Source: Candidatus Latescibacterota bacterium (GTDB lineage Bacteria > Latescibacterota > UBA2968 > GCA-2709665). From it: a DNA stretch of 64,000 bases. The stretch is taken from contig OZ244937.1 in NCBI GenBank assembly GCA_965222075.1, positions 2,144,001 through 2,208,000 on the forward strand, written 5' to 3'. The notes beneath the pieces were generated by a model that was given only the letters and a program-made list of their open reading frames with translations, did no database searches and was not told where the DNA came from. This document shows, one piece after another, positions 18,701-30,111 of this stretch. The position numbers and the translations under genes are program-made. Positions within the stretch are counted from its first letter, which is position 1; every line of letters begins with the position of its first letter.

Positions 18701-19690
18701 ATGAATAGGGGAATGGCTACGACTGCCCTGGTCGTGACCTTGTTATGTCCATCGGCCATAGTTGAATCAAGGCCCGTCACGAGTCCCGACTTCGATGGCG
18801 ATGGTATGGTCGGTTTCAGCGATTTTGTACAGTTTGCCGGCGTGTTCGGGTCGACTCTCGGAGATGGGAGGTACCAGGCGAAGTACGATCTCGACCGTGA
18901 TGGCATGGTCGGGTTTTCGGATTTTGTAGTCTTCGCCGAAGATTTCGGAAAATCGGCCAATCAAGGGACGAATCCCCTGCCCATCATCGAGGCTTTCTGC
19001 GGTGAGGAGGATCTTCTGAAAAGCGCTGGTTTCGTGTATACAAACAACATGTGGGGAAAAGGAGAAATCACGGATTATGAACAATGTCTGCTGAAATGCG
19101 TCGATGGCGCCGGCACGGTTTATGGCTGGCGGTGGCCGTTGGGAAATAGCAACGTAAAAGCGTATCCGGAAGTGATATTCGGCCACAAGCCGTTGGGACA
19201 CCCGCCGGTGCCTCCAACCGTGTCGGACCTCCCGAAGCGCATATCGGACATCAATCGTCTGCAGGTGAGCTATGACGTAGAAATGACCGCCCGGGGGCTT
19301 TACAACCTCGCTTTTGAGATGTGGGTGACGAGCGACAATCCCCCAACCACGGACAACATCACCCACGAAATCATGATCTGGGTGGATCGGACAATTGCGC
19401 CGGCTACGTCTGATTTTCTGGTGGCTGAAGTCGAGATCGACGGCGTTACGTATGATCTCTATTATGTCGTTTCGGGGAATCCGGCAGCGGGACAAGACAG
19501 ATACATCGCGTTTTCAAGTCGAATACGGCAGCTGAGCGGCACCCTCGATTTCAGGAAGTTTCTCGATTATCTGATTGCTCACGATTATCTTCCCACGGAT
19601 CAATATGTCACGTCCGTCGAACTTGGAAATGAGGTCATAGAGGGCGTCGGGGAAACGTGGCTTAAACGCTACGAAGTAATCGTCAATTAG
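18701..19690 (+). CDS. Secreted GH12-like endoglucanase with N-terminal twin EF-hand/dockerin-like tag
   Basis: NNMWG, VKAYP, EIMIW and ELGNE motifs of GH12; DFDGDG..FSDFV repeats after the signal peptide. Confidence 0.75.
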   Translation: MNRGMATTALVVTLLCPSAIVESRPVTSPDFDGDGMVGFSDFVQFAGVFGSTLGDGRYQAKYDLDRDGMVGFSDFVVFAEDFGKSANQGTNPLPIIEAFCGEEDLLKSAGFVYTNNMWGKGEITDYEQCLLKCVDGAGTVYGWRWPLGNSNVKAYPEVIFGHKPLGHPPVPPTVSDLPKRISDINRLQVSYDVEMTARGLYNLAFEMWVTSDNPPTTDNITHEIMIWVDRTIAPATSDFLVAEVEIDGVTYDLYYVVSGNPAAGQDRYIAFSSRIRQLSGTLDFRKFLDYLIAHDYLPTDQYVTSVELGNEVIEGVGETWLKRYEVIVN

Positions 19691-19884
19691 GATAGGAGGA
19701 ATTGAAGCGTATCGACGATGTTGTTTGAAATAAATCAGCCCTGCTGCGACAGGTGTTGACACAAGCCCGACAGAGTGCGATATTTCCCGCGTGCCAGGAA
19801 GCTCCGAGAATATCCACTCGAACAGCGGAGGATCGACCATGAGGAGGGGGTTCCCCAATGAATGATCCTCAGAAGTATCGTGAA

Positions 19885-21072
19885 ATGACTCTTGAATCCA
19901 GTCCATTCAGACCTGGACAACCTGTACCGATTGAATTCTTTGTCGGGCGCCTCCCCGAAATAGAGCGTCTGCGCGACATGGTCAAAGCCAGCACGCAAGG
20001 TCGCTTTAAGATCGGCTTTGTCAGTGGCGAACGAGGTATCGGCAAAAGCTCTCTCGCCGCTTTCGTTCGCCGCCTGGTTGAGCACGACCTCGACGTGGCG
20101 GGGTGTCACGTCTTCCTCGGAGGTGTTCAGGATCTCCAGGAGATGCTACGCCGAACCTTTGACCGCATCCTGAAAGAGAGTATCGACAAGCCCTGGCATC
20201 AACAACTCATAAACCTCTTTGGCGATCGCGTCAGCAAAGTGGGGCTCTTCGGTGTAACGCTTGAGTTAAATCTCGAAGAGAGGGACATGTTGGCCATGGA
20301 GCGCCACTTCGTGCCGTCAATGAGGCGGCTGCTAGACAGCTTCAAAGGACACAAGAAGTCGCTCTTTCTGATCCTCGACGACATCAATGGACTGGCCGGC
20401 TCGGAGGGTTTCGCCAATTGGCTCAAGAGCACCGTGGATGAGATCGCCACTTCTCAGCAGGAAATGCGCCTCTGCATACTCGTAGTCGGGCTTGAGGAGA
20501 GGCGTCAGGAACTGGTGGGGAAGCAATCGTCCTTGGCCCGCGTCTTCGAACTGATCGACATCGCTCCCTGGTCGGACGACGAGGTTCGCCGGTTCTACCG
20601 CGACTCATTCCGCGCCAGCGGAGCGAAGGTCTCCCAAGAGGGGCTGGAATTGCTGGCCCAGTTTACCGGAGGATTGCCGGTTCTGGCGCACGAAATCGGG
20701 GATGCGGTTTGGCGGACGGCTCGGGGACCGACCATCGAAAAGAACGAAATACTGGAAGGTATTTCTACGGCCGCTGAGGTCATCGGGCGGAAATTACTGA
20801 ACCCCCAGATACTCAGTGCCATCCGCAGTGAGAGCTATCACTCGATCTTCCGCAAAATGGCAGATAAGCCCAGAACCCACTTCCGGCGGGCGGAACTGCG
20901 AGAGCTCCTGACGGACGCGGAGAAAAAGGGCCTGGACAATTTCCTGCGCCGTATGACGAACCTGGGAGCGTTAGAGAAAGATCCCGAAATCAGAGGAGGA
21001 TACCGCTTTCCCAACCTTCTTCACGCTCTGTACTTCTGGATGGAATCCCAACGCAGGCGACGTGAGCAATAG
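19885..21072 (+). CDS. AAA/STAND-like P-loop ATPase with C-terminal winged-helix-like region
   Basis: SPFRPG..FVGR..E, GERGIGKSS, LILDD and TGG.P motifs. Alternative start at 19858. Confidence 0.8.
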   Translation: MTLESSPFRPGQPVPIEFFVGRLPEIERLRDMVKASTQGRFKIGFVSGERGIGKSSLAAFVRRLVEHDLDVAGCHVFLGGVQDLQEMLRRTFDRILKESIDKPWHQQLINLFGDRVSKVGLFGVTLELNLEERDMLAMERHFVPSMRRLLDSFKGHKKSLFLILDDINGLAGSEGFANWLKSTVDEIATSQQEMRLCILVVGLEERRQELVGKQSSLARVFELIDIAPWSDDEVRRFYRDSFRASGAKVSQEGLELLAQFTGGLPVLAHEIGDAVWRTARGPTIEKNEILEGISTAAEVIGRKLLNPQILSAIRSESYHSIFRKMADKPRTHFRRAELRELLTDAEKKGLDNFLRRMTNLGALEKDPEIRGGYRFPNLLHALYFWMESQRRRREQ

Positions 21073-21234
21073 AGCACTGCTCCAGGGACTCTCCCGCAAC
21101 AAGACCGTGGTGGTCGCATGGTACGGCACCATCGTTGAAATTTTTTGACCTACTCATGCCGTTCCGGCCCACGCAGGAGTACAGACGTTATCCTGTGCGT
21201 GATTTTCTGGTGGCAAGCCCGGACCTGATCTAAC

Positions 21235-21282
21235 AGAATGACGGCACCGGCACGTTTCACCCGCGGTAAGCGCGGAAGCCGA
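21235..21282 (+). repeat. 48-bp direct repeat, copy 2
   Basis: Matches 18470-18517; ACCTGATCT also lies just upstream of both copies. Confidence 0.9.
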
Positions 21283-21301
21283 GTGGTCATGGCGGGTTTT
21301 T

Positions 21302-21329
21302 GTAGGGGCGGTTCGCGAACCGCCCCTAC
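21302..21329. repeat. GTAG-type REP palindrome
   Basis: GTAGGGGCGGTTCGCGAACCGCCCCTAC is a perfect palindrome; a degenerate relative lies at 41384-41410. Confidence 0.7.
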
Positions 21330-21349
21330 GGCACCCGATTCCGCCCATT

Positions 21350-21368
21350 TGTTAACATATTTTTAACA
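21350..21368. promoter_or_regulatory. Palindromic operator-like site upstream of glnA
   Basis: TGTTAA-N7-TTAACA; resembles but is 2 bp longer than the GlnR/TnrA box. Confidence 0.4.
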
Positions 21369-21483
21369 TTTGCGAAATCTCACCGAAACAAAGACCGGGT
21401 ATATTTGGCGCCATTCCGGACGAGACGCGATCCGGAACCCCAGGAATCCACGGCCTCAGATTTCCCTTGAAAGGAACAATACA

Positions 21484-22902
<1,419 letters not shown>

Positions 22903-22925
22903 CGCGCAAGGGGATAACATACGCT

Positions 22926-22971
22926 AAAAAAAAAGACAGGGAGGATATCGCCTGCCCCCCTGTCTTTTTTT
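22926..22971. terminator. Bidirectional terminator between convergent genes
   Basis: A9-GACAGGG...CCCTGTC-T7. Confidence 0.8.
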
Positions 22972-23006
22972 GCGCTCACCACATGCCTGCCTCTCCTGAC
23001 CCCTGA

Positions 23007-23747
23007 TTATTCCTCCCTTGCCAGCCGAAATCCGATGCAGTGGAACCGCCGCGCGGGCGTATACCCGTACCGAAACCCCGACCGCACCGCCCGGGCCAGG
23101 CTTGAATACCCGCTGCCCCGGAGCACCCGGATCGTCCCCTTCTCCGGCCCCGTCGGATCGGTCTGGGCCTCCTTCGGATACTGACCATGCCAGTCCTGCA
23201 CCCACTCCCACACATTCCCGTGCATATCATACAGCCCCCACGGATTCGGCTGTTTGGTCCCTACCGAATGGGCGTATTGCACGCCCGCTTCCCAGGCATT
23301 GTCCCGATACCAGGCGTAGTCACCCACCTGGCTTTCATCCTCTCCAAACGACCACGGGGTCGTCGTCCCCGCACGGCAGGCGTACTCCCACTCCGCCTCC
23401 GAGGGCAACCGGCAGGTCCCCTCACTCGCCCCGTTCACCCGCCCGATGAATTCCTGTGCGTCCTCCCAGGACACGTACACCGCCGGATGGTCCGGGTTCT
23501 CTAACACAAAGTCCTGTTTTTCCCAGGGACGGGCGCCCATAACCTGCGCCCACTGCGCCTGCGTCACCGCATACTTCCCCAGGTAGAACCCCCGGCTGAT
23601 CCTCACCTCATGCTGCGGCCCCTCGTCCTCCCACCGCCCCACTTCCGACTCCGCAGACCCCATCGTAAACGTCCCCGGCTCGACCCACACCATCTCGATG
23701 GTCGCCCCGCCGGGAAGGGTGAACGTCTTTCCTGCGTCATCCGACAT
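23007..23747 (-). CDS. Formylglycine-generating enzyme family (FGE-sulfatase domain) protein
   Basis: F.MGS, RLPSEAEWEYACRAG, GLYDMHGNVWEW and GFRL motifs. Confidence 0.88.
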   Translation of the reverse strand: MSDDAGKTFTLPGGATIEMVWVEPGTFTMGSAESEVGRWEDEGPQHEVRISRGFYLGKYAVTQAQWAQVMGARPWEKQDFVLENPDHPAVYVSWEDAQEFIGRVNGASEGTCRLPSEAEWEYACRAGTTTPWSFGEDESQVGDYAWYRDNAWEAGVQYAHSVGTKQPNPWGLYDMHGNVWEWVQDWHGQYPKEAQTDPTGPEKGTIRVLRGSGYSSLARAVRSGFRYGYTPARRFHCIGFRLAREE

Positions 23748-24007
23748 ATCCGGTGCCTTTCAATATGTATGTATGGAGAACGAAATCGCAGGCAAACAAC
23801 AGGGAGAAATCATGCACAAGATTCGATCCGGTGTCAACAGGAAAAACCGGGCCGATTGATCTCCTCTGATGGGACTGTGGGAGGCCCTCCGGAAAGATCC
23901 CGCGTGGCATCTGTCACCTCCTCTAAGAACAGCCGCTTGGTCTCAGACATAAAAACTCCCGATCATCGGAAATGAGGCTGTCATTCAACCCTTTTTCAAA
24001 AAATAGA

Positions 24008-24036
24008 TTGACACATCTTGGGAATTAACCTATATT
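24008..24036 (+). promoter_or_regulatory. sigma70-type promoter
   Basis: TTGACA-17 bp-TATATT. Confidence 0.6.
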
Positions 24037-24075
24037 TTTTTGGCTCTTCTTCCCCCTCTAATTGAGGATAACACA

Positions 24076-24759
24076 ATGGCTTCAAACAGAGACTGGCAGC
24101 GCTTTTTCCGGATTCTGGGCACCCTCTTGCTGGCGGCTGCGTTCGTGGCCATCTTCCTGCCCTCCTACCGCAACCTCACCTTCCTCTTCCTGTACTCCAT
24201 TCCCGCCAATTCGGTCATCCCGGTCCCCCACGAGCCGGGTATAATCTTCTTGGGGCGGTTCTATCCCCCCCACCTCGTCGCCATCGTCGCTGCTGTGGGC
24301 ACCCTCATCGCCTGCTTTCTCGACTACCAGGCGGTCAACTTTGCCTTCCAGGCCAGGAAGTTCCGGAAGATCCGGGAAAGCGACGTCTACCAGGGGGCCG
24401 TCCACTACTTCCTCAAGGCCCCCTTTGCCTGCATCCTCACAGCCGCCTTTGCGCCCCCCATCCCCTTTTACATCTTTCGGGTGCTCAGTCCCACCAGTGG
24501 GTATCCCCTCAGGCGCTACATGCTGGCCGTCTTTCTGGGCCGCCTGCCCCGCTACTACCTCTTTGCGCTGATGGGAAGCGCCCTCAACCCTCCCGGACTC
24601 ATTCTCGTCGGCGGCGGCCTGCTGCTCCTCTGGGCCTTTCTCTACAGTAGCATCAAACGCCACCTGGCCGCCCGGGAAAGGGTGGTGCCTATCCCTGTTG
24701 AAACGCCTCACTCAGAAAGCCCAATTCCGCACATAAGCTTCACGAAAACCGTATCTTAG
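24076..24759 (+). CDS. VTT/SNARE-associated (DedA-like) membrane protein
   Basis: Several TM helices; P.PF...Y..A...GR..RY pattern. Confidence 0.65.
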   Translation: MASNRDWQRFFRILGTLLLAAAFVAIFLPSYRNLTFLFLYSIPANSVIPVPHEPGIIFLGRFYPPHLVAIVAAVGTLIACFLDYQAVNFAFQARKFRKIRESDVYQGAVHYFLKAPFACILTAAFAPPIPFYIFRVLSPTSGYPLRRYMLAVFLGRLPRYYLFALMGSALNPPGLILVGGGLLLLWAFLYSSIKRHLAARERVVPIPVETPHSESPIPHISFTKTVS

Positions 24760-24956
24760 TCTTTTCTCGCACGCTTCCTGAACAAGTAAAGTTCTCGTCC
24801 AAACGAACAGGGCGGCCCCGGTAAGGAGGCCGCCCTGAATGGTTCCCGGGCGCCGCGCGAAGACCGCTGGGGGTTTTAAGACAGTTGTCATGCTCCCTTT
24901 GGAGCACCCATTAGGATGAAAATAAAGCCTATTTTCTAAGCAGCTTCTAAGGGAGA

Positions 24957-26756
24957 TTATTCCCATTCCACCGTACCCGGCGGCTTGTGGGTCACGTCGT
25001 AGAACACCGCGTCAACCCCGCCGAGGGACAGGATCTCCCGTGCGAGCCGGTCGAGCATATCTCTGGGCAGTTCGGAAAACCGGGCCGTCATAAAATCGGG
25101 CGTGTAGACCGGCCGCAGCACCACCGTCTCCCCCTGTCCATCCGAGGAAAGGGGCAGGAGCACGGTCGACATCTGCGAAACCTCCCGCATCAGCCCCGCC
25201 TGCGTCAGGGCGTCCATCGCCATCGCATCGGCCTCCCGGAGCAAGTCCAGCCGGGCCCGGCAGAGAAATGCCCGTTTCAGGCGCAGGTCCGGCGTCTGTT
25301 GTGGGGCCAGGAGGTAAACCATACGGTTGATTGCCCCCACCGTGTTGGTCAGGCGGGTGGACACCCCCTCCAGTGCCTTCCAGTCTGCCTCACCCCACAC
25401 AACCGCCGGGTGCGCGTAGGTCCGGAAATCCCCCTGCACCCCCACGCTTTTAATCGGAAGGATGCGCAGACTCAGGCCGAACGCCCCGGCAATACCAGCA
25501 GCCTCCGCCTGCGCTTCCGAAAGGTCTTCGGAAGGCATCCGACCGCCCGAACAGAGGCAGCGCACCGCCAGCCCCGGCCCCGGAAAGGGATGGCGCCAGA
25601 CCAGGGAATCGGGCAGACCGAGCCGGGTGCCCAAATCGCGCACCTCATCTTTGTAAAGCTGTGCCAGCGGTTCAATCACCCGCCCCTGGGCAACCAACGT
25701 CTCAATCAGATCGATCCGGTTGTGATGGGTCTTGATCAGGGCCGCATGCTCGGTGCCGCCCGACTCGATCGTATCCGGATAGAGCGTCCCCTGCCCCAGC
25801 ACCCAGCGCTTCGGATCCAGGTCGAGCCTGGATAGAACGCGGTCCTTCACTTCCAGGAACGTCCGGCCGACGGCCTGCCGTTTCTCCTCGGGCTCGACCA
25901 TCCCCTCCACAGAAAGGAGAAAATCGTCGCTTGCATCCTCTACAATGAGGTTCTCAAACCCCTGCCGGGACAGAAAGGCCTCCACCGCAGCCGTCTCCCC
26001 CTTGCGCATAAACCCGTTGTCGATGTGAAGCCCCAGCACCCGATCCGGGCCCAGCGCCCGGTTAAGCAGGAGAAAGGCAACGCTGGAATCCACCCCGCCC
26101 GAAACCAGCAGAAAGACGTTTCGGTCCCCCATCTGAGCGCGGATTTCCTCGATCGCCGCTTCTGCGTAGCCCGCCATCGTCCAGGTGCGGGGCGCGCCGC
26201 AGATCCGGAGGAAATTGTCCAGCACCTCCATCCCCCGGGGGGTGTGGGCCACCTCGGGGTGGAACTGCAGGCCGTAAATATGGCGGCCGGTGTCCCCCAC
26301 GGCGGCCATAGGGCAGTCTTCCGTTTCCCCCAGCACCTGAAACCCCTTGGGAAGGCGCCTGACCGTATCCCCGTGGCTCATCCAGACCACCTCGGAGGCC
26401 CCCAACCCCTCAAAGAGCCTGGCGCCGGGACGGATCTGCAGTACCGCCGATCCGAACTCCCGGACCTTCCCCGCAGCGACCTCTCCCCCCAGGTGCTGAC
26501 AGATCAACTGGTGGCCGTAGCAGAGGCCAAGCGCAGGCAGCCCCATCCCAAGAAGGTCCGGATTGAAATCGGGCGGATCCGGATCGTACACGCTGGCAGG
26601 CCCGCCGGAAAAAATAATCCCGCAGACGCCCTCTAATTCAGAAGAATCAACAGTCGGCGGGAAAACTTCAGAATAGCTCCGGAGCCTCCGGACACGATTG
26701 GCAATCAGGTGGGCGTACTGCCCTCCAAAATCGAGCACGGCGATGCCGCTGTGCAT
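24957..26756 (-). CDS. guaA: GMP synthase (glutamine-hydrolysing), long form
   Basis: LDFGGQY, GLCYGHQ, QFHPE, SGGVDS, IKTHHN and KPPGTVEWE motifs. Confidence 0.95.
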   Translation of the reverse strand: MHSGIAVLDFGGQYAHLIANRVRRLRSYSEVFPPTVDSSELEGVCGIIFSGGPASVYDPDPPDFNPDLLGMGLPALGLCYGHQLICQHLGGEVAAGKVREFGSAVLQIRPGARLFEGLGASEVVWMSHGDTVRRLPKGFQVLGETEDCPMAAVGDTGRHIYGLQFHPEVAHTPRGMEVLDNFLRICGAPRTWTMAGYAEAAIEEIRAQMGDRNVFLLVSGGVDSSVAFLLLNRALGPDRVLGLHIDNGFMRKGETAAVEAFLSRQGFENLIVEDASDDFLLSVEGMVEPEEKRQAVGRTFLEVKDRVLSRLDLDPKRWVLGQGTLYPDTIESGGTEHAALIKTHHNRIDLIETLVAQGRVIEPLAQLYKDEVRDLGTRLGLPDSLVWRHPFPGPGLAVRCLCSGGRMPSEDLSEAQAEAAGIAGAFGLSLRILPIKSVGVQGDFRTYAHPAVVWGEADWKALEGVSTRLTNTVGAINRMVYLLAPQQTPDLRLKRAFLCRARLDLLREADAMAMDALTQAGLMREVSQMSTVLLPLSSDGQGETVVLRPVYTPDFMTARFSELPRDMLDRLAREILSLGGVDAVFYDVTHKPPGTVEWE

Positions 26757-26766
26757 AGAACAATCC

Positions 26767-26973
26767 CTAACCCCGTGGGGTCTTGACAATCTCCCGCAGA
26801 AAATCGTCCCCGGAAAATTCGTTACACCCGGTCGCCGCCATCAACAGATCAAGGATCTCTCGTCGGGTGCGGCGGTTGTAGATGAGATCCTCGAACACTT
26901 CTTTGTACTTTCTCTTCCCCAGAGACTTCTCGATCTCTTTGGGCGTCATCCAGGGATTTCCCGCTTCTGACAT
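26767..26973 (-). CDS. Small hypothetical protein (68 aa)
   Basis: GGAGG RBS before ATG 26973; co-oriented directly upstream of guaA. Confidence 0.6.
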   Translation of the reverse strand: MSEAGNPWMTPKEIEKSLGKRKYKEVFEDLIYNRRTRREILDLLMAATGCNEFSGDDFLREIVKTPRG

Positions 26974-27202
26974 GGGATTTATCCTCCTGTTAAAAAACAA
27001 CTTAACTTTTTCAAACCTCAAAACGGAACATACCGTAATCCTGTATGCCTGTCAACTGTGGGCTCCCCCGGAGGTTTTTCTGTAAAGATAAGCACCCTGG
27101 TAACAACAGGCAAGACCCCGGAAGCCATTTGCCAAACTCCCCAAAAATGAGTACACTTCTTCACAATCGCGTACCTCCCTTGGCCTTCGATCAGAGGTTG
27201 GG

Positions 27203-27616
27203 ATGACCCTCAAAGCACTCCCTGCGCTCAACGCAATCCTGAACGCCATCAGCGCCGCCCTCCTCCTGCTGGGCTACGTCCAGATTAAAAACCGCAGAAT
27301 CGAGGCACACAAAAAATACATGCTCTCCGCCCTCGTCTCATCGGCCCTCTTTCTCACCTCTTATCTGATCTACCACAGCCAGGTCGGATCTGTGTCCTAT
27401 CCCCACCATGACTGGACCCGCCCGGTCTATTTTGCCATCCTGATCCCGCACGTCATCCTGGCCGCCGTAATGGTGCCCTTCATCCTGGCAATCGTCTGGC
27501 ATGCCTGGCGTGGCGATTTTTTCAAGCACCGGCGGCTGGCACGCTGGGTCTGGCCCGTCTGGATGTTTGTCTCCACCTCCGGGATTGTCATCTACCTGAT
27601 GCTCTATCGCCTCTAA
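27203..27616 (+). CDS. DUF420 membrane protein
   Basis: NA.LN..S, H...M, HR..AR...P.W..VS..G..IY motifs. Confidence 0.85.
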   Translation: MTLKALPALNAILNAISAALLLLGYVQIKNRRIEAHKKYMLSALVSSALFLTSYLIYHSQVGSVSYPHHDWTRPVYFAILIPHVILAAVMVPFILAIVWHAWRGDFFKHRRLARWVWPVWMFVSTSGIVIYLMLYRL

Positions 27617-27725
27617 AAAGCAGTCAAAATCAAAAGTCAAAAGTCCGGAACCAAAGGGCGATGGGGCTTTCTCGACTGGTCGTGGGGTGGCTGGACTTTT
27701 GACACTTTCATAAAGGAGGTCTGCC

Positions 27726-28619
27726 ATGACCGTTCTCGTCACCGGATCTACCGGTCTGCTTGGATCGGCACTGGTCCCCTTTCTCGTAGACCAGGGACAC
27801 CGCGTGATCCGCCTTGTACGAAAAGATCCCAAATCGGATGAAGTTCGCTGGGACCCGGAGGCCGGCGCCATCGACACGGCCGGCCTTGAGGGGCTTGATG
27901 CTGTTGTGCACCTCGCCGGTGAAAACATCGCCGAGGGAAGGTGGAACGCGAAAAAAAAGGCCAGCATCCGCGACAGCCGCGTCAACGGCACCCGCCTCCT
28001 GGCCGAATCCCTCGCCGGTCTTGAAGCCCCCCCGGGCGTCCTGGTCTCCGCTTCGGCCATCGGCTACTACGGAGACCGGGACGACGAGATCCTCCGGGAA
28101 GACAGCCCGGCCGGATCGGGCTTCCTCCCCGACGTCTGCCTCGCCTGGGAAGCCGCGGCTCAGCCCGCCGCCCAAAAGGGAATCCGCACCGTCAACCTCC
28201 GCACCGGCGTCGTCTTAAGCGCAGAGGGCGGCGCGCTGGCCAAAATGCTCTTCCCCTTCAAAATGGGAGCAGGCGGCGTCATCGGCAGCGGCAACCAGTA
28301 CATGAGCTGGATCTCGATCCACGACACGATCAGCATCGTCCACCACGCCCTCACCACCGATGCCCCCCAGGGACCGATCAACACCGTGGCTCCGACCCCC
28401 GTCACCAATCGGGAATTCACCAGAATCCTGGGCCGGGTGCTCTCCCGCCCCACCCTCTTCCCCATGCCAGCCTTCGCCGCCCGTCTCGCCTTCGGCGAAA
28501 TGGCCGACGCCCTCCTCCTGGCCAGCACCCGCGTAGAACCCGTCCGACTCCAGGAAACGGGCTATTCCTTCCAGCACCCCCAGCTGGAGGGCGCACTGCG
28601 GCATATTCTGGGGAAGTAG
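27726..28619 (+). CDS. TIGR01777/YfcH-family NAD-dependent epimerase
   Basis: TGSTGLLG, HLAGE.I..RW, SAIGYYG and G.G.Q..SWI motifs. Confidence 0.9.
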   Translation: MTVLVTGSTGLLGSALVPFLVDQGHRVIRLVRKDPKSDEVRWDPEAGAIDTAGLEGLDAVVHLAGENIAEGRWNAKKKASIRDSRVNGTRLLAESLAGLEAPPGVLVSASAIGYYGDRDDEILREDSPAGSGFLPDVCLAWEAAAQPAAQKGIRTVNLRTGVVLSAEGGALAKMLFPFKMGAGGVIGSGNQYMSWISIHDTISIVHHALTTDAPQGPINTVAPTPVTNREFTRILGRVLSRPTLFPMPAFAARLAFGEMADALLLASTRVEPVRLQETGYSFQHPQLEGALRHILGK

Positions 28620-28662
28620 CTGCCAGTAACAAGATGTTGAGCTATACCAAAAAGGTGGTGCT

Positions 28663-30075
28663 ATGGCAAACCAGGAGGTCTCCTTCAGGGAAGGCGTCAA
28701 CCGGGCGGTCGACCAGGCGCTGGCCACACTCGACTTGCCCCCCGGCCTCGGCGACCAGATCAAGACCAGCAACAATATCTACCAGGTCCGCTTTTTCGTA
28801 AAATTCCGCCGTGGCTATCGTGTTTTTACCGGCTGGCGGGCGGTCCACAGTGAACACCGGCTGCCGGTAAAAGGTGGCATCCGCTTTGCCCCAACGGTCT
28901 CCCAGGAAGATGTGGAGGCCTTAGCTGCGCTCATGTCCTACAAATGTGCAATTGTAGACATCCCTTTCGGCGGCTCCAAAGGGGGACTCTGTATCGACCC
29001 CCGGGAATACAGCGAATCCGAACTGGAACGCATCACCCGCCGGTTCACCCAGGAACTTGCCAAAAAGGACTACATCAGCCCCAGCCTGAACGTACCGGCA
29101 CCCGATATGGGCACCGGAGAGCGGGAAATGGGCTGGATTCAGGACACCTACCGCACGCTCTTTCCCCAGGACATCAATGCCGCCGCCTGCGTCACCGGAA
29201 AGCCCGTAACCCAGGGAGGCATCCACGGCCGCGTTGAAGCCACCGGGCGGGGCGTGCAGTACGGCCTCCGGGAATACTTCCGCCACCCCGACGATGTCGC
29301 CCGCGTGGGGCTGGAGGGCACTCTGGAAGGCAAACGAATCGTGGTGCAGGGACTGGGCAACGTGGGCTACTACGCAGCCAAATTCCTCTCCGAAGAGGAC
29401 GGCGCCCTCGTCGTCGGAATCATCGAACGGGACGGGGCCATCCTCTCAGATAAAGGCCTTCCTGTCGAAGAGGTCTCCGCCCACCTCCGGGAACACGGCG
29501 GCGTGAAGGGGTTTCCTGGCGCCACCTACCTTGAAGACGGGCGCTCGGTCCTGGAGGCCGAGTGTGACATTCTCATCCCGGCCGCGCTGGAGGGCCAGAT
29601 CACCCTGGAAAACGCCCCCAGAATCCAGGCGCCCCTCATTGCCGAGGCCGCCAACGGCCCCGTCACCTTCGAGGCGGACAACCACCTGCGTGAGCACGGA
29701 AAAATCATCATCCCCGACACCTATCTGAACGCGGGGGGGGTGACCGTCTCCTATTTTGAATGGATCAGAAACCTCTCCCACATCCGCTTCGGACGCCTTG
29801 ACCGCCGCCACGAAGAGATGCGCGGCCAGGCCATCATCCAAATCATTGAAAGCCTGGTGGGAAAGCCCGTCCCCGAAGCCCTCAAGACCCGGCTCACCCA
29901 CGGGGCCATCGAAATCGATCTTGTCCGCTCCGGCCTCGACGATACCATGCGCGAGGCCTACAACCAGATTCGCGAGGTCTACCTCTCCCGGGAGAACGTC
30001 CCGGATCTCAGGACCTCAGCGTTCGTCGTCGCCATCGAAAAAATCGCCCGGGCCTACCTCGAACTGGGCCTCTAA
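28663..30075 (+). CDS. gdhA: Glutamate dehydrogenase (Glu/Leu/Phe/Val family)
   Basis: KGGIRF, PFGGSKGG, PAPDMGT, GLGNVG, EAANGP and NAGGV.VSYFEW motifs. Confidence 0.92.
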   Translation: MANQEVSFREGVNRAVDQALATLDLPPGLGDQIKTSNNIYQVRFFVKFRRGYRVFTGWRAVHSEHRLPVKGGIRFAPTVSQEDVEALAALMSYKCAIVDIPFGGSKGGLCIDPREYSESELERITRRFTQELAKKDYISPSLNVPAPDMGTGEREMGWIQDTYRTLFPQDINAAACVTGKPVTQGGIHGRVEATGRGVQYGLREYFRHPDDVARVGLEGTLEGKRIVVQGLGNVGYYAAKFLSEEDGALVVGIIERDGAILSDKGLPVEEVSAHLREHGGVKGFPGATYLEDGRSVLEAECDILIPAALEGQITLENAPRIQAPLIAEAANGPVTFEADNHLREHGKIIIPDTYLNAGGVTVSYFEWIRNLSHIRFGRLDRRHEEMRGQAIIQIIESLVGKPVPEALKTRLTHGAIEIDLVRSGLDDTMREAYNQIREVYLSRENVPDLRTSAFVVAIEKIARAYLELGL

Positions 30076-30111
30076 CCCCAGGAATGCATATTGTGAATGG
30101 ATCGGTACCGC

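Noticed and set aside
23007-23130. Second FGE-domain gene as a DGR target
   Set aside because: Tail codons (TAT TCA, TTT, TAT, GCG) do not fit adenine-only derivation from AAC.
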